A DNA stretch of 64,000 nucleotides, taken from assembly GCA_963662335.2 (NCBI GenBank), contig CAXXVD010000003.1, positions 288,001 to 352,000 on the forward strand. The letters are read 5' to 3'. Position 1 is the first letter of the stretch. The number at the start of each line of letters is the position of its first letter. Origin of the DNA: Chloroflexota bacterium. GTDB lineage: Bacteria > Chloroflexota > UBA11872 > VXOZ01. The notes beneath the pieces are model-generated. The model searched no databases. It saw nothing but the letters and a program-made list of their open reading frames with translations, and was not told the DNA's origin. A program made the translations under genes and the position numbers. Positions 32,433 to 44,493 of this stretch are shown one piece after another.

Positions 32433-32461
32433 AGGGTACTAAACGTCTCTCAGCGTGTCAA
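32433..32461 (-). promoter_or_regulatory. Putative sigma70 promoter for the solute-binding protein gene
   Basis: TTGACA-N17-TACCCT on the minus strand. Confidence 0.35.
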
Positions 32462-32542
32462 TAAGCTGCTCCGACTTGGGGCAGCGTGGTACTATGGAGA
32501 TTGATTCGCGAGACTGCTATGCGCATCATTCCCCTGCCCACA

Positions 32543-32635
32543 TGTCATTCCGAGCGGAGCGAGGAATCTAGAGTGCCTTACCTGATGGTCTATGGTGGTA
32601 TGGACTCCAGATTCCTCGCTGCGCTCGGAATGGCA
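32543..32635. repeat. TGTCA-type REP pair (hairpin element)
   Basis: TGTCATTCCGAGCGGAGCGAGGAATCT...AGATTCCTCGCTGCGCTCGGAATG; related copies at 51492, 60326, 63220, 63574. Confidence 0.85.
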
Positions 32636-32750
32636 TGCAGTCGCAACGCTCTCTACTGGATAGCGAATCTAGTTTACGAATTACGCAGCATGTTCAGTGG
32701 GAGTGGCTGCACGCCAAGTCCAGTGCAAGCAAAGGCAACCCCAAGACCCC

Positions 32751-36020
<3,270 letters not shown>

Positions 36021-36142
36021 ACTGCAAACGAACACTTCTTTTAGTGTGCTGTTGCTGCAAGTGTGGCAGCGGTATTGGTAGTAAGCTCAGACTTACTGGT
36101 ATGCTTGCTTCAATGTTGCGGCAGGTGAAGGAATCGGCAGCA

Positions 36143-37438
36143 ATGGCGCGAATTGAAGGCATCAGAATCAAGAACTACCGGGTGTTGAAGGACATCACGC
36201 TCGGCAAACTCTGGGACACGCCGGATGCCCAACCGCTGACGCCGTTGAGCGCGGTGATTGGTAAGAACGGTGTGGGAAAGAGTGCCCTCTTTGATGCTTT
36301 CGGCTTTCTGGCAGACTGTTTGAGACTAGGTGTTGAAGAGGCCTGTGACGCCCGCGGAAGAGGAGGGTTCGAGCGTATCCGATCTCAGGGCAGCGATGAG
36401 CAAATTGAGTTTAGGGTGAGTTTTCGTCAAGAGACGAAAGCATCGCTCATTACGTATCTGCTATTTATCCAGAAAGACGGAACTGGCCGCCCCTGCGCTG
36501 CCGGTGAACTCTTATTTCAGAACCTCGATGAACGCAAGACTGGCAAAGCGCTAGTGTTTCTATTGATGGTTTTCGGCACAGGCGTCGCATGGAAAGGAGC
36601 AACGCAGGGGCGGCAATTTGACGGGGATGGCTTCGACTATGAATTGGTCAGACAGCAGTTGGCAGGTGGCGAGAGTGAAGAAGCGGAACTAATTACACTA
36701 GGGGACAACCGCAAGTTAGGCATCGCAACCCTTGGCGCTCTGAAACAACATCCTCGGATTGCCGCATTTCGAGAATTCTTGGAAGGCTGGTATCTCAGCT
36801 ACTTTACGCCCGACGCGGCGCGTAGTTTGCCCTTGGCCGGCCCGCAGCGGCGCTTGAACGCCCACGGGGACAACCTCGGCAATGTCGTGCAATTCCTGGA
36901 GCGTGAGCATCCCGATCGGTTCAAGCGCATTTTGGCGCGGATTGCCGAGCGGGTGCCCGGCATCGACCGCATAGAAACGGAACGCAGCCCCGACGGGCGC
37001 TTGCTGTTGCGCTTTAACGACCGGGGGTTCACCGACCCCTTCTACGCGCAGCAGATGTCTGACGGCACCTTGAAGCTCTTTGCCTACCTGATCATGCTGG
37101 AGGACCCGGAGCCGCCGCCGTTCATCTGCATCGAGGAGCCGGAGAACGGCCTCTACCACAAGCTGCTGGAGGTCTTGGCCGCGGAGTTCCGCCGCCACGC
37201 CACCGGGGAAGACAACACCTCTCAGATATTCGTCACCACCCACCAGCCCTACCTCGTGGACGCGCTCACGCCTGAGGAAACCTGGATACTGGAAAAAGAA
37301 CCGGACGGTTTCGCCACCATCCGCCGCGCCAGCGACGACCCAATCGTCAGTGCCATGGTGGAGGAAGGGTTGCCGCTGGGCAGCCTGTGGTACAGCGATT
37401 ACCTGGAGCGGACAAACGCAGCGATCCAACGGCAGTAG
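36143..37438 (+). CDS. ABC-type AAA ATPase (AAA_21-like), no nuclease partner adjacent
   Basis: GKNGVGKS, MSDGTLK, IEEPENGLYH, TTHQP. Confidence 0.88.
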   Translation: MARIEGIRIKNYRVLKDITLGKLWDTPDAQPLTPLSAVIGKNGVGKSALFDAFGFLADCLRLGVEEACDARGRGGFERIRSQGSDEQIEFRVSFRQETKASLITYLLFIQKDGTGRPCAAGELLFQNLDERKTGKALVFLLMVFGTGVAWKGATQGRQFDGDGFDYELVRQQLAGGESEEAELITLGDNRKLGIATLGALKQHPRIAAFREFLEGWYLSYFTPDAARSLPLAGPQRRLNAHGDNLGNVVQFLEREHPDRFKRILARIAERVPGIDRIETERSPDGRLLLRFNDRGFTDPFYAQQMSDGTLKLFAYLIMLEDPEPPPFICIEEPENGLYHKLLEVLAAEFRRHATGEDNTSQIFVTTHQPYLVDALTPEETWILEKEPDGFATIRRASDDPIVSAMVEEGLPLGSLWYSDYLERTNAAIQRQ

Positions 37439-37472
37439 GAGAAGTGTCGCCAGCATCGGAGTCCTAGGGCAG

Positions 37473-39914
37473 ATGAGAGACCTTCTGCACAGGATACGCC
37501 CGCTCGCCGTTGCACTCTTGGCCGTGCTGGCCGTGGCGTTCCCAACCGGCCTGCAGGCGGCCGCGGTGCAAGCCGATGAATCGGACAGAGCCGCGCTCAT
37601 CGCGCTCTACGAGGCTACCGGCGGCCCACGCTGGGCCAACGACGATGGGTGGCTGAGCGGCGCGCCGCTTGGCGCGTGGTACGGCGTTACCACCGACGCC
37701 AGTGGCCGCGTCACGGCGCTGCGCTTGCCGAGCAACGACCTGCGGGGGAACCTACCGGCGGCGCTGGGCAGTCTCACGCGCCTGGAGGAACTAGACCTTG
37801 CCGGCAACTGGCTCACGGGAGAGATACCGGCCGCGTTAGGCGGCCTGGCGAATCTGCGCACCCTCGACCTCTCCTACAATTGGCTGGAGGGGGAGATACC
37901 GGCTGCGCTGGGCGCTCTCGGCGACTTGCGGGAACTGTATCTCTCCGACAACCGCTTGCGCGGCGCGATACCCCCTGCCCTAGGCGGCCTCGCAAGCCTG
38001 GAAACGCTCGCGCTCTCCAATAACCGGCTAAGCGGCGCCATACCCCCGGCGCTCGGCAATCCGGCGCGCCTGCGCATTCTGAGCCTCTGGGGCAATGACC
38101 TGGCGGGAGAGATACCGGCTGCTCTCGGCCGCCTCACGAGACTGCAAGAATTGTACCTCTCGGAGAACCAATTGAGCGGCGAGATACCGCCCGCGCTCGC
38201 CGACGTGGCCGGTCTGGAGTGGCTGCGCCTGGCGTTCAACCGGTTGGAAGGCTGCGTGCCGGCAGGGGTGGACGCGGTTCCGTTTACAGACTTTCCAGAC
38301 CTCGGCTTGCGATCGTGCGCCAGCCTGGCGGATCGAGCGGTGCTGGTCGCGTTCTACACGGCCACGAACGGCGCGAACTGGACGCATAGCGCCAACTGGC
38401 TGAGCGACGCGCCTATGGCCGATTGGCACGGCGTGATCACTGATGACAACGGCCGGGTCATCTCACTAAACCTTGATGAGAACAACGTTAGTGGCGAGTT
38501 ACCGCTTGCCTTGGCTAGTCTATCCAAATTGCGTTGGCTGGTCCTCTCGAATAACCAGCTAGTTGGAGAGATGCCTTCCGCGTTGGGCAACCTGGCGAAA
38601 CTGGAGACACTATCATTCCATAAGAATCAGTTGAGTGGTGAGATTCCGGCATCACTCGGCAGAATCACGAGTCTACGACGGATTTTCCTCACGCATAACC
38701 AGTTGAGCGGAGATATTCCATCTGAGCTAGGTAACTTAAGGAGGTTGCAAGTCTTGTGGCTCGGCCGCAACCAACTCAGTGGTGAGATACCGACATCCCT
38801 CGGCAAACTTGAAAACCTGCGAGACTTGATTCTCGCGCACAACCGGTTGAGCGGAGAAATCCCGTCTGAACTAGGCAACTTAAGCAGCTTGGAAAACCTA
38901 TGGCTCGTGCACAACCAAATGAGTGGCGAAATACCGACATCGCTTGGCAATCTTGCAAATCTGAGACAACTGCTACTTGCGAACAACCGGTTGAGCGGAA
39001 AAATACCGTCCGAGCTAGGCAAGTTAAGGAACTTGGAAACCCTGTGGCTCATGAACAACCCGTTGGATAGGTGCATACCTCAGGAACTGCGGAGGCCAGC
39101 GAATGTTGATGCTTTCTGGAATGGTAACCTGCGGTGCGAAGCTCAAACCGCATTCATAACGGACGGGGCCCATCGAAAGGCGCTCGTTACCCTCTATGCG
39201 GCCACGAACGGCGCAAGATGGACCCGCAGCGATAACTGGCTCAGCGACACGCCCGTCGGCGAATGGCACGGCGTCACCACCAATGCGGACGGCCGCGTGA
39301 CGGCGCTGCACCTGGAGGACAACAACCTGAGCGGCGAACTGCCGCCTGCGCTCGGCGACCTTGCGGACTTGAAAGTGCTGTATCTGCCGCGTAACCGGCT
39401 GCAAGGAGCGCTGCCGCCTGCGCTTGGCGACCTGGCAAACCTATCTGTGCTCAATCTTGCGGAGAACCAATTGAGCGGCGGGATGCCGTCTACGCTCGGC
39501 GACCTCACCGCCTTGGCAACCCTCAACCTGGCGGATAATCGGTTGGAGGGAGCGATACCCGCCGCGTTAGGCAGCCTCTCAGTGCTGGAGGGCCTGCGCC
39601 TCTCGGGCAACGCGTTGAGCGGGGAACTACCGTCTACGCTGGGCAACCTCTCCAATCTGGTACGGTTGGAACTCGCGCACAACCGCCTGAGTGGGGCTAT
39701 TCCCACTGAACTAGGCAATCTCACGCGACTGAAAGAACTGCGCCTCTCCGATAACCAACTGAGCGGTCAGATACCGCCAACGCTGCTGAATCTTGCCAAC
39801 CTCGAACTGCTGGAACTTGCCCGCAACCGGTTTACGGGGTGTCTGCCACCGGGCATGGCGGAAGCCACGCGCAACGACCTCTCCTGGTATCGTTTGCCCA
39901 TTTGCACCGAGTGA
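37473..39914 (+). CDS. Secreted leucine-rich repeat protein with three cap+LRR modules of plant-like 24-aa LRRs
   Basis: Signal peptide; cap (D/H)R.(A/V)L.(A/T).Y.ATxG..W....WLS..P...W.GV three times; L..L.L..N.LSGEIP..LG.L repeats. Confidence 0.92.
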   Translation: MRDLLHRIRPLAVALLAVLAVAFPTGLQAAAVQADESDRAALIALYEATGGPRWANDDGWLSGAPLGAWYGVTTDASGRVTALRLPSNDLRGNLPAALGSLTRLEELDLAGNWLTGEIPAALGGLANLRTLDLSYNWLEGEIPAALGALGDLRELYLSDNRLRGAIPPALGGLASLETLALSNNRLSGAIPPALGNPARLRILSLWGNDLAGEIPAALGRLTRLQELYLSENQLSGEIPPALADVAGLEWLRLAFNRLEGCVPAGVDAVPFTDFPDLGLRSCASLADRAVLVAFYTATNGANWTHSANWLSDAPMADWHGVITDDNGRVISLNLDENNVSGELPLALASLSKLRWLVLSNNQLVGEMPSALGNLAKLETLSFHKNQLSGEIPASLGRITSLRRIFLTHNQLSGDIPSELGNLRRLQVLWLGRNQLSGEIPTSLGKLENLRDLILAHNRLSGEIPSELGNLSSLENLWLVHNQMSGEIPTSLGNLANLRQLLLANNRLSGKIPSELGKLRNLETLWLMNNPLDRCIPQELRRPANVDAFWNGNLRCEAQTAFITDGAHRKALVTLYAATNGARWTRSDNWLSDTPVGEWHGVTTNADGRVTALHLEDNNLSGELPPALGDLADLKVLYLPRNRLQGALPPALGDLANLSVLNLAENQLSGGMPSTLGDLTALATLNLADNRLEGAIPAALGSLSVLEGLRLSGNALSGELPSTLGNLSNLVRLELAHNRLSGAIPTELGNLTRLKELRLSDNQLSGQIPPTLLNLANLELLELARNRFTGCLPPGMAEATRNDLSWYRLPICTE

Positions 39915-40057
39915 GTCCCTGCGCCAACCGGCGGCGGGAAGAGAGCGATAGGGTAACGCTTGAGCCGGCCTTAAGCTGCCGTCCTGCTGGACGTCACGCC
40001 GGAAGATAGCTCCGCGACGGAACGATCATCAGGCCGGTGAAAGGCAGCAGGTCCCCC

Positions 40058-42559
40058 TCAACGCAACGTGGCTTGCAGGGTTGCCTGCAACTTGGCGATG
40101 ATGCGGTCACGAATCTTGTTTACTTCCGCGTCGTTCAGGGTGCGGTCGGGGGCGCGGAAGGTGAGGGTGTAGGCCAGGCTGCGCTTGCCGGCGGGGACTT
40201 GCGGGCCTTGGTAGACGTCGAAGAGGTCGATGCTCTCCAGCAGGTTGCCGCCGGCCGCGCGAATTTCCGCCACCACCTGCGCGGCGGGGATTGCCGCGTC
40301 CAGCACGATTGCCAGGTCTTGCACCACGGCCGGGTGGCGCGGCGGCGGCGCGAACGCCGGCGTCGCGCGGGCCAGGTCTACCAGGTCGTGGAGATTCAAG
40401 ACCAGGGCCAACGCGCGCTGGTCGATGTCGAACGCCGCGCTCACCTCCGGGTTGATCTCGCCCACGATGCCCAGCACGCGCTCTTCCCCGCCTGCCCGAA
40501 CGACCACTGCCGCCGCCCGGTAGGGATGGAACGTCGGGTGTTCCACCGGCGCAAAGGCGTAGTCGGCGATGCCGAATTGCCGCATGACCTGCTCCGCCGC
40601 GCCCTTGATAGTGTAGAACGTGTTCTCCGCGCGCGCGCCCCACTGCTCGGTGCGGAATTCGCTCATCACGGCGGTTAGCAGGCGGCGTTCCTCCGGCAGC
40701 TTGGCGCCCGCGGGCAGGAATGCCGGGCCGATCTCGAAGAGGCGCACGTCGCTGGTCTGGCGGCGCAGGTTGCTCGCCAGGGTTTCCAGCAGGCCCGCCA
40801 GCGTGACCGTGCGCAGCGCGCTGGCCTCGGAAGTGAACGGATTCTTGAGGCGCAAGGGTTCGGCGTGCAGCGGCAGTACCGAGGCGGCCACGGCGCCGGC
40901 CAGGCCGTCCGGCAGTTCCGCCGCTATGCCTTTCGGCAGCAGGCGCTCCATGCGGGCCTCATTGGTCAGCGTGTAGGTGATGGCCTCGCTGAAGCCCGCG
41001 CCGGCCATGGCCTGTTTGGCGCGGTCCGTCCACACGCGCAGCGGGGCGGGCCGCCCTTCCGGCAGCGGTCCGGCGGGCATGGTAGTGGGGATTTCGTCAT
41101 AGCCGATCATGCGCGCCACCTCTTCCACCAAATCGGCCGAGCAGGTCACGTCCAGCCGGTGGAGCGGGGTTGTGACCTGCAGCCGGTCGTTCTGCAGGCG
41201 GTACGTGAAGCCCAAGGACCGCAGTTTCTCAGCAGCGGCGGTGAGGGAAACCTCCATGCCGAGCAAGCGCGAGATGTCCGCGGCGGAGAGTTCGATTTCG
41301 GGGCGCTGCTGCGGGCGGACGTAGGAATCGGCGGCGTGGCTGCGGGCGCGGCCGCCGGCGATCTCCACGATGAGTTCGATGGCGCGGTCGCGGGCGATTG
41401 GGGCCAGTTCCGGCGGCACGCCTTGCTCGAAGCGCCGAGACGCCTCGCTGGGCAGGGCCAGGGCCTGCCGCGTGCGGCGGATGCTGGTGGGGTTGAAACT
41501 GGCGGCTTCCAGCAGGATGCGGGTGGTCTGCGCGGTGACTTCCGTATCCAGGCCGCCCATCACGCCCGCTAACGCAATGGCGCCGTTGGGGTCCGCGATG
41601 ACCAACATCCCGGAGCTCAGCGTGCGCTCTTCGCCGTCCAGCGTGGTCAGGCGCTCGCCCAGGTGGGCGCGGCGGACGATGATGTTGCCCTCTGCCACCT
41701 TGTCGTAGTCGAACGCGTGGAGCGGCTGCCCGAACTCCAGCATCACGTAGTTGGTGACGTCAACGATATTGTTGATGGGTCTCATGCCGGCGGCCGTCAG
41801 CCGCTCTTGCAGCCAGCGGGGCGAGGGGCCGATGGTGACGTCGACGACCACGCCGGCCGCATAGCGCGCGCAGAGGTTTGGCTCCTTGATATCCACGCGC
41901 ACCACGGGCAGGCTTGGCGCGTCCGCGGCGGCCGCCGCCGGCGTGGAGGCCAGCGTGTCCAACCGGCGGGTCACCGGCTGGCGCAGGCGTTCGCCTGTGA
42001 GCGCCGCCACTTCCCGCGCCACGTTGAGCAGGGCCAGGCAGTCGCTGCGGTTGGGCTTGAGGTCAAGCTCCAGAATCGTATCGCCCAGGTACTCTTGCAG
42101 CGGCGCGCCCACCGGCGCATCGGGGTCGAGGATGAGGATGCCCTCGTGGTCCTCGCCCAGGCCGAGTTCCTTGGCGGAACAGACCATGCCTTCGGACTTC
42201 ACGCCCCGCAGGACGACCGGCTTCAGTTCGATGCGCTGCGGCGTCTCGCTATAGGCGTTGTCGAGCACGGCCCCGAGCAGCGCCACCGGCACGCGGTCGC
42301 CCTGCGCGATGTTCATCGCGCCGGTCACGAACGTCGGCTGCTCCGCCTGGCCGTAGTCCACGGAGACCAGTTGCAGGCGGTCGGCGTTGGGGTGCGGCTG
42401 GAGGTCGATGATCTCGCCGACGAAGGTGTTGCGCCAGAAGTCGCCGATCGCGATGACCTGCGCCACCTCGATGCCGGCCATGGTCAACTGGTGCGCCAGC
42501 TCTTCCGCCGGCAGTTTGACCTGCACATATTCTTCCAACCAGCGAAGCGATACGCGCAT
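40058..42559 (-). CDS. pheT: Phenylalanine--tRNA ligase beta subunit
   Basis: MRVSLRWL, HPNADRL, PNRSDCL, NNIVDVTNYVMLEFGQPLHAFD, C-terminal anticodon-binding domain. Confidence 0.97.
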   Translation of the reverse strand: MRVSLRWLEEYVQVKLPAEELAHQLTMAGIEVAQVIAIGDFWRNTFVGEIIDLQPHPNADRLQLVSVDYGQAEQPTFVTGAMNIAQGDRVPVALLGAVLDNAYSETPQRIELKPVVLRGVKSEGMVCSAKELGLGEDHEGILILDPDAPVGAPLQEYLGDTILELDLKPNRSDCLALLNVAREVAALTGERLRQPVTRRLDTLASTPAAAAADAPSLPVVRVDIKEPNLCARYAAGVVVDVTIGPSPRWLQERLTAAGMRPINNIVDVTNYVMLEFGQPLHAFDYDKVAEGNIIVRRAHLGERLTTLDGEERTLSSGMLVIADPNGAIALAGVMGGLDTEVTAQTTRILLEAASFNPTSIRRTRQALALPSEASRRFEQGVPPELAPIARDRAIELIVEIAGGRARSHAADSYVRPQQRPEIELSAADISRLLGMEVSLTAAAEKLRSLGFTYRLQNDRLQVTTPLHRLDVTCSADLVEEVARMIGYDEIPTTMPAGPLPEGRPAPLRVWTDRAKQAMAGAGFSEAITYTLTNEARMERLLPKGIAAELPDGLAGAVAASVLPLHAEPLRLKNPFTSEASALRTVTLAGLLETLASNLRRQTSDVRLFEIGPAFLPAGAKLPEERRLLTAVMSEFRTEQWGARAENTFYTIKGAAEQVMRQFGIADYAFAPVEHPTFHPYRAAAVVVRAGGEERVLGIVGEINPEVSAAFDIDQRALALVLNLHDLVDLARATPAFAPPPRHPAVVQDLAIVLDAAIPAAQVVAEIRAAGGNLLESIDLFDVYQGPQVPAGKRSLAYTLTFRAPDRTLNDAEVNKIRDRIIAKLQATLQATLR

Positions 42560-42683
42560 GCGGTCACCATCCTCCCATAGAGCGCCGGTTCCGCGAGGCT
42601 GCGCTTGCCCTGCGAGTGACGTCTCTCACAAGTCACGGCGCACAGGCGCTATTGCAGGCTCTTGCCAATACTGTTTTAAGACT

Positions 42684-43754
42684 TCAACGAAACTGTTGCA
42701 GAAAGCGGACGTCGTTATTGTAGAAGTAGCGAATGTCGTCGATGCCGTACTTGAGCATGGCGATGCGTTCCACGCCCATGCCGAAGGCAAAGCCGGCGTA
42801 GCGCGCCGGGTCGTAGTTCACGGCCTCCAGCACGTTGGGGTGCACCATGCCGCAGCCAAGAATCTCCAGCCAACCGGTTTGCTGGCAGACGCGGCAGCCG
42901 CTGCCGCCGCAGACGTGGCAGCTTATGGACACTTCCGCGCCCGGTTCCACAAAGGGAAAATACGAGCAATTGAAGCGCACCCGCGTCCTGGCGCCGAACA
43001 ACTCATGGGCGAAAGCGGTGAGCACCCCTTTCAGGTCGGCCATGCTGGTGCGCTCGTCCACGGCCAGGCCTTCCACCTGGTAGAAGATGGCCTCGTGGCT
43101 GGCGTCGGTGGCCTCGTTGCGGTAGACGCGCCCCGGGGCCACGATGCGCACCGGCGGCGGCGTTTCTTCCATCACCCGGATCTGCACCGGCGAGGTGTGG
43201 GTGCGCAGCAGCATGGAGCCGAATTGCTTGGTGGCGTCCGTGTCCACGTAGAACGTATCCCACATGTCGCGCGCCGGATGGTCGGCGGGAATGTTGAGCA
43301 TGGCGAAGTTGTAGCGGTCCCACTCCACTTCCGGCCCTTCCACCACCTGGAAGCCCATGCGCTCGAAGATGCCGAGGACTTCATTCAGCACGAGCGTGGT
43401 GGGATGGAGTTGGCCCAACGGCGCCGGCTCGCCGGGCAACGTGACGTCCAGCGCCTCGGCCTGGAGCGCGTCGGCGCGCTGGTCGCGCTCTAGCGCCGCC
43501 TGCCGCGCCTCCAGCGCCGCCGCCAAACGGCCTTTGACCGTGTTGGCCAGTTGGCCGACGCGGGGGCGTTCCTCTTTGGGCAGACCGCCCAGGCCGCGCA
43601 AAAGCTGCGTGACCTTGCCGCTGCGGCCCAGATAGGTGGTGCGCCAGGCGTTCAGGTCGGCATCCGCGGCGCACTTGGCAAGCTGCGCCTGCGCCTCGCG
43701 CTCCAGCGCTTCAAGCTGTGCCGGGATGTCCGGTGTTGCGGTCTGGTCTGCCAT
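42684..43754 (-). CDS. pheS: Phenylalanine--tRNA ligase alpha subunit
   Basis: HPARDMWDTFY, LLRTHTSPVQIR, FPFVEP, GFAFGMGVERIAM. Confidence 0.97.
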   Translation of the reverse strand: MADQTATPDIPAQLEALEREAQAQLAKCAADADLNAWRTTYLGRSGKVTQLLRGLGGLPKEERPRVGQLANTVKGRLAAALEARQAALERDQRADALQAEALDVTLPGEPAPLGQLHPTTLVLNEVLGIFERMGFQVVEGPEVEWDRYNFAMLNIPADHPARDMWDTFYVDTDATKQFGSMLLRTHTSPVQIRVMEETPPPVRIVAPGRVYRNEATDASHEAIFYQVEGLAVDERTSMADLKGVLTAFAHELFGARTRVRFNCSYFPFVEPGAEVSISCHVCGGSGCRVCQQTGWLEILGCGMVHPNVLEAVNYDPARYAGFAFGMGVERIAMLKYGIDDIRYFYNNDVRFLQQFR

Positions 43755-43791
43755 CGGTCGCTGTCCTTATACTGCCGTGCCTTATGGTGCA

Positions 43792-43829
43792 CAAACAAAA
43801 AGCAGAAAGCGGCTGTGTCACTTTCTGCT
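43792..43829 (-). terminator. Intrinsic terminator in the pheS leader
   Basis: Minus strand AGCAGAAAGT-loop-GCTTTCTGCT followed by TTTTGTTTG. Confidence 0.75.
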
Positions 43830-44000
43830 CTGCCGGAGAGGCGGGTGAGGGTGGCGGCTACGCTGCTCTGGCGCGCCTAGACCCGGCCCGTCCCTCCGGG
43901 CCGGTAAAGTGTCCTTCCCGTGTGCGCATAGTGCCCTTCACCCCGTGTATTGCCGTAGAGACACCCTCTCGCAAAGGGCGCGTTCTCTACACGAGTTACC

Positions 44001-44029
44001 AGTATAGCGATGTTTGCGGGACGTGTCAA
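44001..44029 (-). promoter_or_regulatory. Sigma70 promoter upstream of the pheST leader
   Basis: TTGACA-N17-TATACT on the minus strand. Confidence 0.75.
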
Positions 44030-44142
44030 AGGCGCTGGCCGTACGCGACGCAATCGCGCGGACGCCGCCTATGCCGGTCAGCCTTGCCGTGCTGATATAC
44101 TGGATGCAAGGACTTTGCGCGCCCGGTTGTAGTTCGGCCAAC

Positions 44143-44430
44143 CGTAGCGCGGGGGCTTGTCCCCCGCCTCTGCGCGCGCGAACGATACGCCCTATGGCGC
44201 TCGCTCGCGCGTGAAGGATAAATGCGGGGTTCGTCTCTCGCTTGGGCCGGTGTAGGGGCGGTTCGAGATCCGCCCCTATTGGGGATGTCTTTCACTTCTG
44301 CGCGAGAATAGCCGGCCGCGGGCGCAGGTTGCAAACCTGCGCTACCCGCGGGAGAGGATGAGGCGTAGCGCGGGGGCTTGTCCTCCGCATCCTGGGTAAA
44401 CTGGCCGTAGCGCGGGGGCTTGTCCCCCGC
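44143..44430. repeat. GTAG-REP cluster
   Basis: Three copies of CGTAGCGCGGGGGCTTGTCC plus GTAGGGGCGG...CCGCCCCTA and GCGCAGGTTGCAAACCTGCGCTAC. Confidence 0.8.
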
Positions 44431-44493
44431 CTCTGGACACGCGGACGAAACGCCTTACCGCCCTTGTTCGCACACAGTTGAGATTGATTCGAC

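Noticed and set aside
32640-32750. LexA box upstream of uvrA
   Set aside because: No GAAC-N4-GTTC or CTGT-N8-ACAG match seen
43800-44000. T-box or SAM-I riboswitch before pheS
   Set aside because: No UGGNACC antiterminator or Phe specifier loop on the sense strand; GGAGGGAC.GGCC lacks the other SAM-I elements
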